A stretch of 64,000 bases of DNA from a candidate division FCPU426 bacterium (GCA_963771075.1 CAVYSE010000005.1:1-64000); one strand, 5' to 3'. Shown: positions 1 through 9,913, counted from the first letter of the stretch. Notes: generated by a model from the sequence alone, not told the origin. Translations and numbers: made by a program.

Positions 1-7
1 GCATCTA

Positions 8-965
8 TTGTTAGCCGAACGTGAAAAAATCTCTATTTGGAAGGCTCAAGGCCTTTCCCTGCGAAAAATCGCCAAACGCCTTGGCCGTGATGTTTCCAGC
101 GTTTCCCGAGAGTTGAAGCGCAACGCCCCTCCCTTACGTCCCGGCCGGTATCTTCCTGCCAGGGCTCACGATCGGGCCATCTTGCGCAACCAGATCTCTC
201 GAACTCACTTTCGGCTCAAGAAATCCTGAACTGCGCCGGTATGTCTTGCGTAAACTTCGGCAAGGTCTTTCACCCGAACAAATCGCCGGTCAACTTCACC
301 AGGAGAAATCCAAAATCTCCATTTCCCACGAGGCCGTCTACCAGTTCATCTATAGCAAAGCTCGGCATCTCATTCCCTTCTTGGCTCGCTCCCATCGAAA
401 ACGACTTCGGCGATGGCATTCCCACAATCACCGCAAAAGCCATATCCCACAACGCGTTTCAATCACCCAACGCCCTGCCATCGTCAAGGCACGGGACCAA
501 TACGGCCACTGGGAGATGGACACTATCATTTCCAGGCAGAGCAAAGCTTCTATCTTGGTCATGGTCGAAAGAAAGAGCCGACTGGTAAAACTTGCTTGGC
601 TGCCCCAGAAATCCGCGTCAAATACCCGTATGGCTATCAATCGTCGCCTCGGTCAATTTTCCAAGGGACTCCGCAGGACCATCACCTATGACAACGGCTC
701 GGAGAACGTCGAACACCTCCAGGTCAATGCCGTTTTGGGCACTAGGTCTTTCTTCTGCCTGCCATTCCACAGTTGGGAAAAAGGCACCGTGGAAAACACC
801 AACGGTTTGATTCGACGCTTCTATCCGAAGAAAACCGATTTTGCTAACATAACCCCAGCTCAAGTCAGGCGCGTGGAACGGATTCTCAATGGTCGTCCCC
901 GCAAGTGTCTTGGCTTCAAAACGCCGGAGCAAGTCTTTCGCCTAGGTGTTGCACTTACTGGTTGA
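8..965 (+). mobile_element. IS30-family transposase (5' end at window edge; +1 frameshift near 220)
   Basis: HTH 'SLRKIAKRLGRDVSSVSRELKRN' (8..229), then DDE domain 'GHWEMDT..TITYDNGSE..WEKGTVENTNGLIRRFYPK..LNGRPRKCLGFKTP' (246..965). Ends in IS30-like terminus GTTGCACTTACTGGTTGAATTC (~948-969). Confidence 0.92.
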
Positions 966-1061
966 ATTCAGCGATTATAATCGGTGAAAGCGGTTTAATG
1001 TAATTTCTGCCATGGAAGGGAATATTTTCCCTTCGAACGGTACTAAGTATAAGGAGAACCA

Positions 1062-1580
1062 TTGGATGAGCGGCTCCTAGTCAAGCGGGTCCTGAAGGGC
1101 GAAGAAAAGGCCAAGCTTGAGTTCTACCAAACCTATCAGCAAAAGCTTTACAGCTTTTGCGTGTATTTCATGGGCTCCAATGACCCTGAGATCGAGGACA
1201 TCCTACAGGAGGTGTTCCTGAGGGCGTTCCAGAAATTGGGCCAGTTTGAGTTTAGGTCCAGCTTGAATACCTGGCTGACCCAGATTTGCATCCACAAGTG
1301 CTACCGGCATTTTCGAAAGCGGGGCCGGATGGTGGTCCAGGAAGAAGAAGATTTGGAGACCCGCCTTCAGGCCAAGGCTATGGAAGCCTCCGACCAGGCG
1401 GCCGTGGACCTGGATCGAAAAGCGAAGAAAGAAATGATTGAGAGGGCCCTCGCGAAAATGGGGGATCCTTGCAAAAGAATGCTTCAATTGAGGATGAAAG
1501 AAGACGCGAGTTACATGCAAATGGCGAGGAGCATGAAATTGCCCAGAAAAAATAGGGTCAGGCCAACACATAACACTTAA
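1062..1580 (+). pseudogene. ECF sigma-70 factor, 3'-truncated in region 4 by the adjacent element
   Basis: Region 2 'EDILQEVFLRAF..F..RSSLNTWL' and region 4 start 'SYMQMARSMKLP'. The frame then reads into the inverted repeat; the recognition helix is missing. Confidence 0.8.
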
Positions 1581-2568
1581 CAACCAATTCGGTATTTGAT
1601 AAGATTTTGCCATGCCCCGAGCAAAAAGAATCCATTATGAAGGCGCTGTTTATCACGTCACTTCCCGAGGGAATGAACGAAGAAAGATCGTGTTTGATGA
1701 TTCAGATCGTTGTTTATTCCTAAAAATACTCGCTGAAGTTGTGGAAGAACATCATTTGCACTGCCATGCCTGGGTCTTGATGGACAATCACTATCACTTA
1801 TTGTTGGAAACCCTCGCCGCCAACCTTTCCATGGCCATGAAGCATTTAAATGGGCTTTATACCCAAAGGTTCAATCGAAAAAGGGGACGAGTGGGGCATT
1901 TGTTTCAAGGCCGGTTTAAGGCCATCCATGTAGATAAAGAAAGTTATTTGAAGGAATTGTGCCGGTATGTGGTCTTAAACCCCGTAAGGGCCAAAATGGT
2001 GAAGCATCCTAAAGAATGGAAATGGAGCAGTTATCGGGCTACGGTTGGCATGGAAAAAGCCCCATCCTGGTTGGAAACGAAGTGGTTATTAGGATTATTT
2101 GATAAAAGGTTAGGTTCAGCGCAAAAGGCCTATCAAGGGTTCGTGGACGATGGGCTCCAAGCGGGAACCAGCCCTTGGGATGAGTTGAGGCATCAGGTTT
2201 ATTTGGGGAAAGATGAATTTTTGGAAAAGATGAAGGGCCTGATATCAGGCAAAGAAAACCTGGATATGCCGAAATACCAAAAGAAAATCATGCATCCTCC
2301 GGTGGAAAAAGTGCTGGCGAAGGTAGCGGAAGTTTACGGGGTGAAGAAGGAAGAAATCGTAAAAAGCCGAAAGAAGGAAAATGAAGCCAGGGACGTGGCG
2401 ATTTATTTGTTAAAGAAAACGGCGGGAATAAGCTCAAGAGAAACGGCAAAAGTGTTGGGGGTGAGTCCATCGGCGATTGGGAATCGATGGGCGGTGATAA
2501 AAATACGCGTGGAAAAAGACCGGCGATTGGAGAAGATGGTCCATAAGTGTCAAGTGTTGTCCTGACCC
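1555..2568 (+). mobile_element. RAYT/Y1-transposase element with 25-bp imperfect terminal inverted repeats
   Basis: 1555-1579 GGGTCAGGCCAACACATAACACTTA vs reverse complement of 2544-2568 GGGTCAGGACAACACTTGACACTTA (22/25). Visibly more AT-rich than most genes here. Confidence 0.85.
1612..2565 (+). CDS. REP-associated tyrosine (HUH/Y1) transposase with C-terminal HTH
   Basis: 'YHVTSRGN', HUH 'LMDNHYHLL', 'LFQGRFKA', 'YVVLNPVRA', 'WKWSSY'. Confidence 0.92.
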   Translation: MPRAKRIHYEGAVYHVTSRGNERRKIVFDDSDRCLFLKILAEVVEEHHLHCHAWVLMDNHYHLLLETLAANLSMAMKHLNGLYTQRFNRKRGRVGHLFQGRFKAIHVDKESYLKELCRYVVLNPVRAKMVKHPKEWKWSSYRATVGMEKAPSWLETKWLLGLFDKRLGSAQKAYQGFVDDGLQAGTSPWDELRHQVYLGKDEFLEKMKGLISGKENLDMPKYQKKIMHPPVEKVLAKVAEVYGVKKEEIVKSRKKENEARDVAIYLLKKTAGISSRETAKVLGVSPSAIGNRWAVIKIRVEKDRRLEKMVHKCQVLS

Positions 2569-2569
2569 C

Positions 2570-3014
2570 AATTTATTTGTTTACCGACTACCTGATCGAA
2601 AAATTCACGCCTGAAGAGGCCGAGGCCGTGCTGGCCCATGAGATCGGGCATATCAAAAAGTTTCACCAATGGTTTTATGTGGTTTTGGTTTTAGTTTGGG
2701 CGTTTGTCACCAAGCCGGCGGTCGAGGCGGTTTATCCATACCTGCAAAGTTCAGGCATCCCGATCGTGTTCTTTATCCTGGCGTGGGTTTATTTTTTTTA
2801 CGGCATCCTGATCAAATTCTTCTCGCGCTTCTTCGAGCGTCAGGCCGATGCCTATTGCATCCAATTGACGGGGAAAAAGGAAATTTATATTTCGACCCTC
2901 AACAAGTTGGCGGAGGTCAATTTTTCCACCCGGCGCTGGTCAGCCCTGGACCGCATCCTCAAGACTCATCCCGATATCGCGGCCAGGGTCAAACGCATTC
3001 AGGAAATGCATTAA
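2570..3014 (+). pseudogene. C-terminal fragment of an M48 (HtpX/Ste24-like) zinc metalloprotease
   Basis: 'EAVLAHEIGH', 'FERQADAY', 'THPDIAARV'. No N-terminal half or proper start; begins at the right inverted repeat. Confidence 0.8.
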
Positions 3015-3161
3015 CGGAACATAGACGGCCTTTATTACAAAACTAGGTTTTCACCAGCCTGAACCCTTATTTATTTCCAAGCTCCCGAGATGATTAGGGC
3101 CCGCCATTCGTCAAAAGAAGGTACTGAATTCCAGATATTCCTGTATTTAGGAGCTTCGATT

Positions 3162-4184
3162 ATGAAAAGAAAATGGTTCATCCTGTCTTCGCTGGCCATA
3201 ACCCTATTGGCCTGGTCCTGGTCTTGTGGCAGTTCCCCCACCTCTTCTTCATCCGGGAATTACATCCCGAACCGCTCAGGGAGCGGGCCGACCAATACCC
3301 CGGGCGTGACCAAGGTCCCTCCCACCCTGCTTTCCAGCCTGAATACCGCCTACGGCCCCAACGGATTGGCCGTGGCCGGCGGCGTTACTTATGTGGCCGA
3401 AGCCGACTCGCCGGGCTCGTCCGAGATGGAAGTTTTTAGTTCCACCTCGCCCGCGGGAACGACCTTCAGCACGATCACCTTCGACTACCTGCAGTCGGTG
3501 GCTTGCAACAGCGCGGGCACGACCCTCTTCGCCCTGGAAGCGGGGGACGAGCTTTCCGACGGCGTCCAGGACGGGACCGCCACGGTTTACGGTTTCACCA
3601 GCGCGGGAACCACTTTCGCCGCCTGGACCGGTTATGGAAGCACCCCCTTCTACGCACCCGACGCTTTGGCGATGGACGCCCAGGGCAATGCCTATGTCGC
3701 CGACTCCGGCAACGCCGACGTGGAAGAATTCGGGCCGACCGGGTCCCTGATCACCACCTGGAGCGCGTACAACGGGACCGCCTTCGCCGCCCCCTACGCC
3801 CTTGCGTTCGACGGGTCCGGGAACCTCTACGTCGGCGATTACGGGCCGACCACCAGTACCTCGGACGTGGTTTATGAGTTTTCGGGCAACAATTCCACCG
3901 GGCCCACGAAAACCGGGGCCAATGCATGGAACATGGTCCCCAACTGCTACATGACCGGCCTGGCGGTGGATGCCTCGGGAAACCTTTACGTTGCGGATTA
4001 CGGCGACGGAACCTCGGACGCGGGCAACGGACTGGTGGAGGTATTCGCCCCCAACGGCGGCAATGTATTCCAGGAATGGGCCCCCTCGAACCCCACGGTT
4101 TTCGGGGCCAATTGCTTGCTTTACACCGGCGGGAACCTGCTCGTGGGCGATTGGAATAATAATATGATCGATCTTTTCCAGTGA
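3162..4184 (+). CDS. NHL-repeat beta-propeller lipoprotein
   Basis: Signal peptide with lipobox-like WSWSC, Ser/Thr linker, repeats 'P.ALA.D..GN.YV.D'. Confidence 0.8.
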   Translation: MKRKWFILSSLAITLLAWSWSCGSSPTSSSSGNYIPNRSGSGPTNTPGVTKVPPTLLSSLNTAYGPNGLAVAGGVTYVAEADSPGSSEMEVFSSTSPAGTTFSTITFDYLQSVACNSAGTTLFALEAGDELSDGVQDGTATVYGFTSAGTTFAAWTGYGSTPFYAPDALAMDAQGNAYVADSGNADVEEFGPTGSLITTWSAYNGTAFAAPYALAFDGSGNLYVGDYGPTTSTSDVVYEFSGNNSTGPTKTGANAWNMVPNCYMTGLAVDASGNLYVADYGDGTSDAGNGLVEVFAPNGGNVFQEWAPSNPTVFGANCLLYTGGNLLVGDWNNNMIDLFQ

Positions 4185-4347
4185 CGACCGGGTCGGAAAT
4201 TCCGCCTCTTATTAAAGGTCCAAGGACCGCCTATTTCGTGGTGTAACCCGGGGCCTAGCCTCGTTTCTTCCCTTCAGGAAAGAACCAATCTTTTTACCCC
4301 TCATTCCGCTTAAAATCGACCGGCCTTTACCTTTCAGGGAGATCGAG

Positions 4348-5112
4348 ATGACCAAGAAACTTTTAGGAACCGGACTCTTCTTATTATTACTGGCGGCATT
4401 CCCGCCCCGGCTCCCGGCCCAAACCCCGGTTCCCACTCCCGGGACGGCCGCCACGGCCACACCCGGAGAAACCCCCTCCCCCACGGCAACGGAATTGGTA
4501 AACGCCCCCACCCTCGACGACCTCAAGGCGGCCCAGAAGGAAATCGGGGATTTAGAGGTGAAGCGGGATGAAACCTTCATTCAATACGGGGTCACCCTCC
4601 TGAAACAGGTGAAGGCCCTGACCCAGCAAACGGCCCGGATGGCCAAAAGTTCGGGCGACAAGCGCCAGGCGCGCGAACTGCTCAAGGGGATCGATGAATT
4701 GGAGGCGGTCCAGGAAAGCCAGGTGGACCAGGACCTGATCCTGCTCGAGAAAAGGTCCAATTTAAAACAACTCAACCTGGACCGGCTCCTGGTATACAAC
4801 CAGAGCCTGGCCGACAAGTTCCAGGTGGAAGGAAATACCAGGAGGGTCCAGGAAATCAACGAGGGCGAGGAATTCCTGAACCAAATGAAAATTCTGCTGG
4901 TCCAACAACTTGAATTGGACAAGGCCCTGCTACGCTCCCGGATGGCTTGCGATTTCAAGACCGCGGGCGAGATCCGCAAAAAGCAGGAGGATTTGAAGAA
5001 CCAAATAGAAGAACTGAACAAGCAAACAAAGGTCAGATTGCAGACGCTGGAGGAGCAGGGCCAGCCGAGAAAGGAGGACCACCTCGACCAAGAGGGGCAG
5101 GAAAACCTGTAA
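4348..5112 (+). CDS. Secreted coiled-coil hypothetical protein with Pro/Thr linker
   Basis: RBS GGGAGA, signal peptide, 'TPVPTPGTAATATP', helical Q/E/K/L-rich body. Confidence 0.7.
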   Translation: MTKKLLGTGLFLLLLAAFPPRLPAQTPVPTPGTAATATPGETPSPTATELVNAPTLDDLKAAQKEIGDLEVKRDETFIQYGVTLLKQVKALTQQTARMAKSSGDKRQARELLKGIDELEAVQESQVDQDLILLEKRSNLKQLNLDRLLVYNQSLADKFQVEGNTRRVQEINEGEEFLNQMKILLVQQLELDKALLRSRMACDFKTAGEIRKKQEDLKNQIEELNKQTKVRLQTLEEQGQPRKEDHLDQEGQENL

Positions 5113-5193
5113 GCGGCGCGGGGTCACCAAATAAATGGGCCAGGCCTCAAATTATCCAATAAGTACGTTTGGCCCTTCTAAGGTGTGATCCGC

Positions 5194-5982
5194 TTAGTTT
5201 TGGGGCCCGCAGTTGGGGTCGACCGATTGGGCCTGCCAGAGACGAATTTGCGCCAAATGCGATTTCAGGTACCTTTCCCCCTTGATCCCCTCCAAAGGCA
5301 AAAGCGAGTCCAGGTAACCCAGAGCCTGGAACTGTTTTTGGAATTTCACCGCCAGTGGATAGTAGCTCCAGTGCCAATGCTCGTCGGTGATGATGCCCGA
5401 TTCGCCCCTGTAAACCCGGCAAAACCCGAACCGGGGCGCGTTGGCCTCCATCCACCGGTAATAGGCCTTGACCCGGGGGGAAGGGTCCTCCGATGAGGCC
5501 TGCAAGAGCCCCCTCAAGCTCTTCTCCGAAATGTCCAACTCGCTTCCCCAGTGGTGCCTGGAAAGCCCCGGCAGGGAAGTGTAGTGAAGCATGGCCCGGA
5601 CCTTTTCCTCCTCCGTTTCCGTTCCCCGGTCGTCGTAAAGCGAGTTCCATAAATTTTTCTGGCTGACGAAGGATCGGTATCCCGAAATGAGAACCAGGTT
5701 CCAACCCGCCTTCGCGGCTTCCGCGCGCAGTTTTTTATAAGCCGCGATCACCTCGGGCAGGGCGGCTTTGCCCGAAAGGGGGTCCACGTCGAGCCGATCG
5801 GGAGGCACCAAACCGGTCAATTGGCGGGGGGTGAGGGATGGGCTTTCGGCTCCCGAGATCAGGGAGGGCAGGGGGCTTTTAAGCGAAGCGCAGCCAAGGG
5901 CCAATAGGGCGGCCAAAAAGAAGCCCCTTCTTCCAATCGAAAGAGGGGGCTTCGGCTTTACGTCCTCAGTTAAATCGGGCAA
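5194..5982 (-). CDS. M15B (VanY-like) D-Ala-D-Ala carboxypeptidase
   Basis: 'ISGYRS', 'PGLSRHHWGSELD', 'EHWHWSY'; N-terminal signal/lipobox. Confidence 0.85.
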   Translation of the reverse strand: MPDLTEDVKPKPPLSIGRRGFFLAALLALGCASLKSPLPSLISGAESPSLTPRQLTGLVPPDRLDVDPLSGKAALPEVIAAYKKLRAEAAKAGWNLVLISGYRSFVSQKNLWNSLYDDRGTETEEEKVRAMLHYTSLPGLSRHHWGSELDISEKSLRGLLQASSEDPSPRVKAYYRWMEANAPRFGFCRVYRGESGIITDEHWHWSYYPLAVKFQKQFQALGYLDSLLPLEGIKGERYLKSHLAQIRLWQAQSVDPNCGPQN

Positions 5983-5989
5983 TGGCGTC

Positions 5990-6613
5990 CTAACGCAGGT
6001 CCTTGGAGGATAAAACCTTCATGTTGTTATCCATCTCATAGACGCGGGGGATGCCCGTATCCAGGTTCAGGGCGATGACCTGTTCTTTCGTCAACCCGTC
6101 CAGGAACATCACGATGGACCGCAGGGAATTGCCATGGGCCGCGACCAGCACGTTCTTGCCCTGTTTCAGGTAGGGGACGATGTGGGACTCGTAGTAGGGA
6201 AGGGTGCGGGCGGCGGTGTCCTTCAAGGATTCGGAATAACCGGTGCTGTCCTTGGGAGGGGGCACATCGTAACTGCGGCGCCAGATCTTCACCTGCTCGT
6301 CCCCGTACTTTTGGGCGGTTTCAGCCTTGTTCAGGCCCTGCAGGCCGCCGTAATGGCGCTCGTTCAAGGCCTGGTCCATATAGACGGGAATGTCCTTCAT
6401 CTTGCCGACCTGGAAGATGATCGCCAGGGTTCGCTGGGCACGCTGGAGAGCGGAGGTAAAGGCCACGTCGAACTTATAAGCTTTCAACTTTTCACCCGCT
6501 TCCCAGGCTTCCTTCTCCCCCAGTTCGGACAGGGGCACATCCACCCAGCCGGTGAAACGATTTTCCAGGTTCCATTGGGATTGACCGTGACGCACGAGCA
6601 CCAGTTGGGACAT
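5990..6613 (-). CDS. gpmA: 2,3-bisphosphoglycerate-dependent phosphoglycerate mutase
   Basis: 'LVLVRHGQSQWNLENRFTGW', 'LNERHYG', 'AHGNSLR'. Confidence 0.95.
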   Translation of the reverse strand: MSQLVLVRHGQSQWNLENRFTGWVDVPLSELGEKEAWEAGEKLKAYKFDVAFTSALQRAQRTLAIIFQVGKMKDIPVYMDQALNERHYGGLQGLNKAETAQKYGDEQVKIWRRSYDVPPPKDSTGYSESLKDTAARTLPYYESHIVPYLKQGKNVLVAAHGNSLRSIVMFLDGLTKEQVIALNLDTGIPRVYEMDNNMKVLSSKDLR

Positions 6614-6787
6614 ATAAAACCCCTTTCCGACGAATGAGAATTTCCAATCCGAGCCAAGGGGTAAGGCATATCCCCGCGGCGGGATGGCCCCGGACCTTCT
6701 CTCCCCAAGGCCCAAGGTGCGGCGATTTTAACCTTGGCTTGTTCATTAGGGAAGGATTTTGGCGGCGGGTTGTGTCTCCATTTGGGT

Positions 6788-7047
6788 GTCATGACGAGGA
6801 ATGCCCCGCGAATAGCGGGGCGGTTAGGGCGTGGTAATCCCGGTTTCAATAAGCCTTTATAGACAAAGGCTAAAGGCGAACTGAGATTGCCACGGTTCAT
6901 GCCGCTTTACAAATAAAGACAAAGGGTTAGCGGCATAGTCCTGATTTACGTTGCCCAATGGGCAACGTAGGACATAACGCCCCGACCCTTCGAAAGCCTC
7001 AGGGCCCTGAGCAAAGTCGAAGGGTTGGGGCTGAACCTCGCAATGAC
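6788..7047. repeat. Paired palindromic repeat (GTCATnnCGAG..CGTGGnAATC / GAGATTGCCACG..CTCGCAATGAC) with nested inserts
   Basis: Left unit 6788-6840 is approximately the reverse complement of right unit 6883-7047. The right unit contains a CCCTTCGA..CTCAGGG/CCCTGAG..TCGAAGGG palindrome (6986-7024). Confidence 0.7.
6899..6973 (+). repeat. ~75-bp two-hairpin element, copy A
   Basis: ATGCCGCT..AGCGGCAT-AGTCCTGATT-TACGTTGCCCA/TGGGCAACGTA-GGAC. Confidence 0.7.
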
Positions 7048-7148
7048 GGCAAAATCATTTACTTGGTAACTAAGACACTGCCGGGCGGCGGGAAGGATTC
7101 GATGGAACCGGATAGGAACTATGCACATGGCATAGCTGGCAAAATAAA

Positions 7149-7320
7149 CCCTCTCCCCCTGAGGGAGAGGGCTAGGTGAGGGGTGCTTAAGTGGTGGTAC
7201 CCCCTCATCCCTATCCCACATTTCTCTTTTGGGTATATAAAAAGGACATGTGGGATCATACCGACTTCTATAAATGCTAAATGGAAGGTCGGCATACCTT
7301 CTCCCTCGAGGGGAGAAGGT
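7149..7320. repeat. Pair of CCCTCTCCC-type palindromic repeats, the second interrupted
   Basis: CCCTCTCCCCCTGAGGGAGAGGGCTAGGTGAGGGG (7149-7183) and CCCCTCATCCCT[insert]ACCTTCTCCCTCGAGGGGAGAAGG. Confidence 0.75.
7213..7295 (-). repeat. Two-hairpin element, copy B
   Basis: Minus strand ATGCCGACCTTCCAT..GAAGTCGGTAT-GATCCCACAT..ATGTGGGAT. Confidence 0.65.
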
Positions 7321-7492
7321 GAAAATAACCCAACCCAACTTAGTTATGGTTGTGCTTCGTCAAAGCCATAGTTTCAAACCGGATTAAAGGGCCTGGAACG
7401 GTTGAATGGAGGCGATCCATCGACCATACTTGTTAATCAACATTTAGAATCACTACCAAAACCCAATATTTACCACAGAGACACGGAGACAC

Positions 7493-7567
7493 ATGCCGAC
7501 TATCCATGAGACATTAAATGGGGTCGGTATTGTCCCGATTTCTTTCGCCTTTTGGGCGAAAGGGGAC
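7493..7567 (+). repeat. Two-hairpin element, copy C
   Basis: ATGCCGAC..GTCGGTAT-TGTCCCGATT-TCTTTCGCC/GGCGAAAG-GGGAC, inside a CACAGAG repeat. Confidence 0.75.
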
Positions 7568-7630
7568 AGAGTAAATCTGGACAATAGGGTTAAGATTTCT
7601 TGAATGAAGAAAGGTTTTCTCTGTGACTCT

Positions 7631-7703
7631 GTCCCTTTGGCCCTAGGGGCCAAAGAGAACTGGACACTACCGACCCCCTTAGGGATTTATGGTAGGTCGG
7701 CAT
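7631..7703 (-). repeat. Two-hairpin element, copy D
   Basis: Minus strand ATGCCGACC..GGTCGGTAG-TGTCCAGTT-CTCTTTGGCCC/GGGCCAAAG-GGAC followed by AGAGTCACAGAG. Confidence 0.75.
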
Positions 7704-7774
7704 GTGGCCGCCAAAGGCGGCCTGTGGTGAATTTAGGTTTTGTTATAGTCTTTTAGATTCGAGACAGGTGACCC

Positions 7775-8872
7775 TTGAAAAAAACAGACCTCCATTGGAT
7801 GAAACGGGCCCTCGACCTGGCCCGTTTGGGCGGTCCGCTGGTCAATCCCAACCCCAAGGTGGGGGCTGTTCTGGTCCGCAACGGCCGCAAGGTCGGCGAG
7901 GGCGCCCACATGAAATTCGGCGGCCCCCACGCGGAGATCCACGCCCTGCGGCAAGCCGGGAAAAAAGCCAAGGGCGCGACCCTTTACGTGACGCTGGAGC
8001 CCTGCTCCCATCGCGGCAAGACCCCTCCTTGCGTGGAAGCACTGATCCAGGCCGGCATCCAACGGGTGGTGGCCGCCCACCTGGACCCTTTTCCCCTGGT
8101 GAAGGGCAAAGGTTTCGCCAAGCTCCATTCCGCCGGGATATCCGTCGAGGTGGGACTCTTGGCCAAGGAAGCGAAGGCCTTGAACGAGAATTTCCTCTTC
8201 AGCGTCACCCGGGGAAGGCCCAAGGTGATCCTGAAGGCCGCCCTGACCTTGGACGGCAAAATCGCCACCCGCACGGGCGCCTCAAAGTGGGTGACGGGGG
8301 AAAAATCCAGGTTGAAGGCCCATGAACTCCGCTCCCGGGCGGACGCCATCCTGGTCGGGATGGGAACGGTCCTGGCGGACGATCCGTCCCTCACGGTCCG
8401 TTTACCCGGTTACCGCCGGGAAGACGGTTGGCCCTTGCGGGTGGTCTTGGACGCCCATTTAAGCCTTTCGACGAAAGCCAGGGTGTTGGAGGGAAGCCCC
8501 CGAACCCTGGTCTTTACCTCCCGCCAGGCCTCAGCGAGCCGGCAAAGGGCCTTGGAAAGCCGGGGGGCGGTTGTTTTCCGGGTTCCCGGGGCTAAAAAAA
8601 TGTTATCTTTACGGGCTGTATTGAAAGAATTGCACCAGTTCGGGGTTCGAACCCTGTTGGTGGAGGGCGGGGGCTTGGTGCACGGCTCCTTTATAAGAGA
8701 ACATCTCGCGGATGAGGCGGTGCTGTGGATCGCCCCGAAAATTTTCGGGGAAGGGCCCGCCTGGGTCCGGGGAGTGGCTTACCTGAATCCCCAGCAGACG
8801 CCCCGGCTGAAGGGCGCGAGGTTGGAGCCCATGGGCGAGGACTTTGTCTTGACCGGCAATTGGGAGGAATGA
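7775..8872 (+). CDS. ribD: Riboflavin biosynthesis deaminase/reductase
   Basis: 'PNPKVGAV', 'HAE', 'TLEPCSH.GKTPPC', 'LVEGG'. Confidence 0.95.
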   Translation: MKKTDLHWMKRALDLARLGGPLVNPNPKVGAVLVRNGRKVGEGAHMKFGGPHAEIHALRQAGKKAKGATLYVTLEPCSHRGKTPPCVEALIQAGIQRVVAAHLDPFPLVKGKGFAKLHSAGISVEVGLLAKEAKALNENFLFSVTRGRPKVILKAALTLDGKIATRTGASKWVTGEKSRLKAHELRSRADAILVGMGTVLADDPSLTVRLPGYRREDGWPLRVVLDAHLSLSTKARVLEGSPRTLVFTSRQASASRQRALESRGAVVFRVPGAKKMLSLRAVLKELHQFGVRTLLVEGGGLVHGSFIREHLADEAVLWIAPKIFGEGPAWVRGVAYLNPQQTPRLKGARLEPMGEDFVLTGNWEE

Positions 8873-8873
8873 A

Positions 8874-9485
8874 ATGTTCACCGGATTGATCCAAGAGGTG
8901 GCTTCGGTGGAGAGCGCGAAACTGCGTGACGGCCTTATGCGCCTGACCCTGCGCGCGCCGCGAACCGCCGGAGGGGTGAAAATCGGGGATAGCGTGGCGG
9001 TCAACGGCTGCTGCCTGACGGCCGTGGAGGTCGCGAACCCGCTGGTGTCCTTTGAGGCGGTGCCCGAAACCTTGAACCGAACCGCCCTGGGGGGGCTGGC
9101 TTCCGGCCAGGTGGTCAACCTGGAGAGGCCCTTAAACTTGGGGGATGGCCTGGGGGGGCATTACGTGCAGGGCCACGTGGATGGAACCGCGGAGGTCATT
9201 TCCCTTGAGCCGGAAGGCGAAGGATGGCGCTTGCGGGCGCGGCTGCCCCATGCCCTTTCCCGGTACGTGGTGGAGAAGGGAAGCATCGCCCTGGACGGCA
9301 TCAGCCTCACGGTGGCGCTGATCGAGGGGGATGAGATGGAGGCCGCCCTGATACCGCACACCATGCAAAACACCAACTTGAGGGATAAAAAGCCCGGCGA
9401 CCGGATGCACGTCGAGGTGGATATGCTGGCCAAACACCTGGAAAAGCTGGCCGAAGGATACCTTTCTTATATGGGGAAAAAATGA
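8874..9485 (+). CDS. ribE: Riboflavin synthase
   Basis: 'MFTGLI', 'SVAVNGCCLT', 'GGHYVQGHVDG'. Confidence 0.95.
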   Translation: MFTGLIQEVASVESAKLRDGLMRLTLRAPRTAGGVKIGDSVAVNGCCLTAVEVANPLVSFEAVPETLNRTALGGLASGQVVNLERPLNLGDGLGGHYVQGHVDGTAEVISLEPEGEGWRLRARLPHALSRYVVEKGSIALDGISLTVALIEGDEMEAALIPHTMQNTNLRDKKPGDRMHVEVDMLAKHLEKLAEGYLSYMGKK

Positions 9486-9913
9486 AGATCGAACCGCTGG
9501 GGGAAGACGCCTCCCCGCAAACCGAGCCACTCCTGCCATCCCTGACCCCGCTCATCCAGGAAAGGGTCAAGAAGATCCAGGACCCCGTCCTGCGGGACCA
9601 ACTTTCCCGCCTGATCGGCGACGTGGAGGAAAAGGGCAAAAAACTTTTCAGCTCCAAGGCCCGGCAGGAATTCGAGGACTATAAAACCTCGGTCAAGCAT
9701 TTCATGCAAAAGGTCATCCAAGGCTCCTTTAAGCTCGAGGAAAAACAGAGCCGGAAACGCGACGGGAATTTCGTGGTTTACCTCACCACCCAAAAGGTGG
9801 ACGAGGCGTTGGACCATTTGGGACAGATGCTGTTGGCGGGCCAGCAGGATTCCATGCGGGTATTGGCCGCCCTGGACGAGATCCGCGGGATGTTGTTGGA
9901 CCTTTACCTGTAG
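9482..9913 (+). CDS. YaaR/DUF327-family protein
   Basis: 'YKTSVKHFM', C-terminal '[13 protein letters not shown]'. Confidence 0.75.
   Translation: MKIEPLGEDASPQTEPLLPSLTPLIQERVKKIQDPVLRDQLSRLIGDVEEKGKKLFSSKARQEFEDYKTSVKHFMQKVIQGSFKLEEKQSRKRDGNFVVYLTTQKVDEALDHLGQMLLAGQQDSMRVLAALDEIRGMLLDLYL

Noticed and set aside
205..250. Programmed frameshift in the IS30 transposase
   Set aside because: IS30-family transposases are single ORFs, there is no slippery heptamer, and it matches the window-wide indel pattern.
5194..5982. Vancomycin-resistance locus
   Set aside because: A lone M15B peptidase with no vanHAX or vanRS; likely cell-wall housekeeping.
6880..7730. CRISPR array
   Set aside because: The repeats are heterogeneous, inverted and nested, without constant spacers; no cas genes.
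6620..7775. FMN riboswitch upstream of the rib operon
   Set aside because: The conserved RFN segments are not visible; the GGGAGAAG near 7311 belongs to a palindromic repeat.
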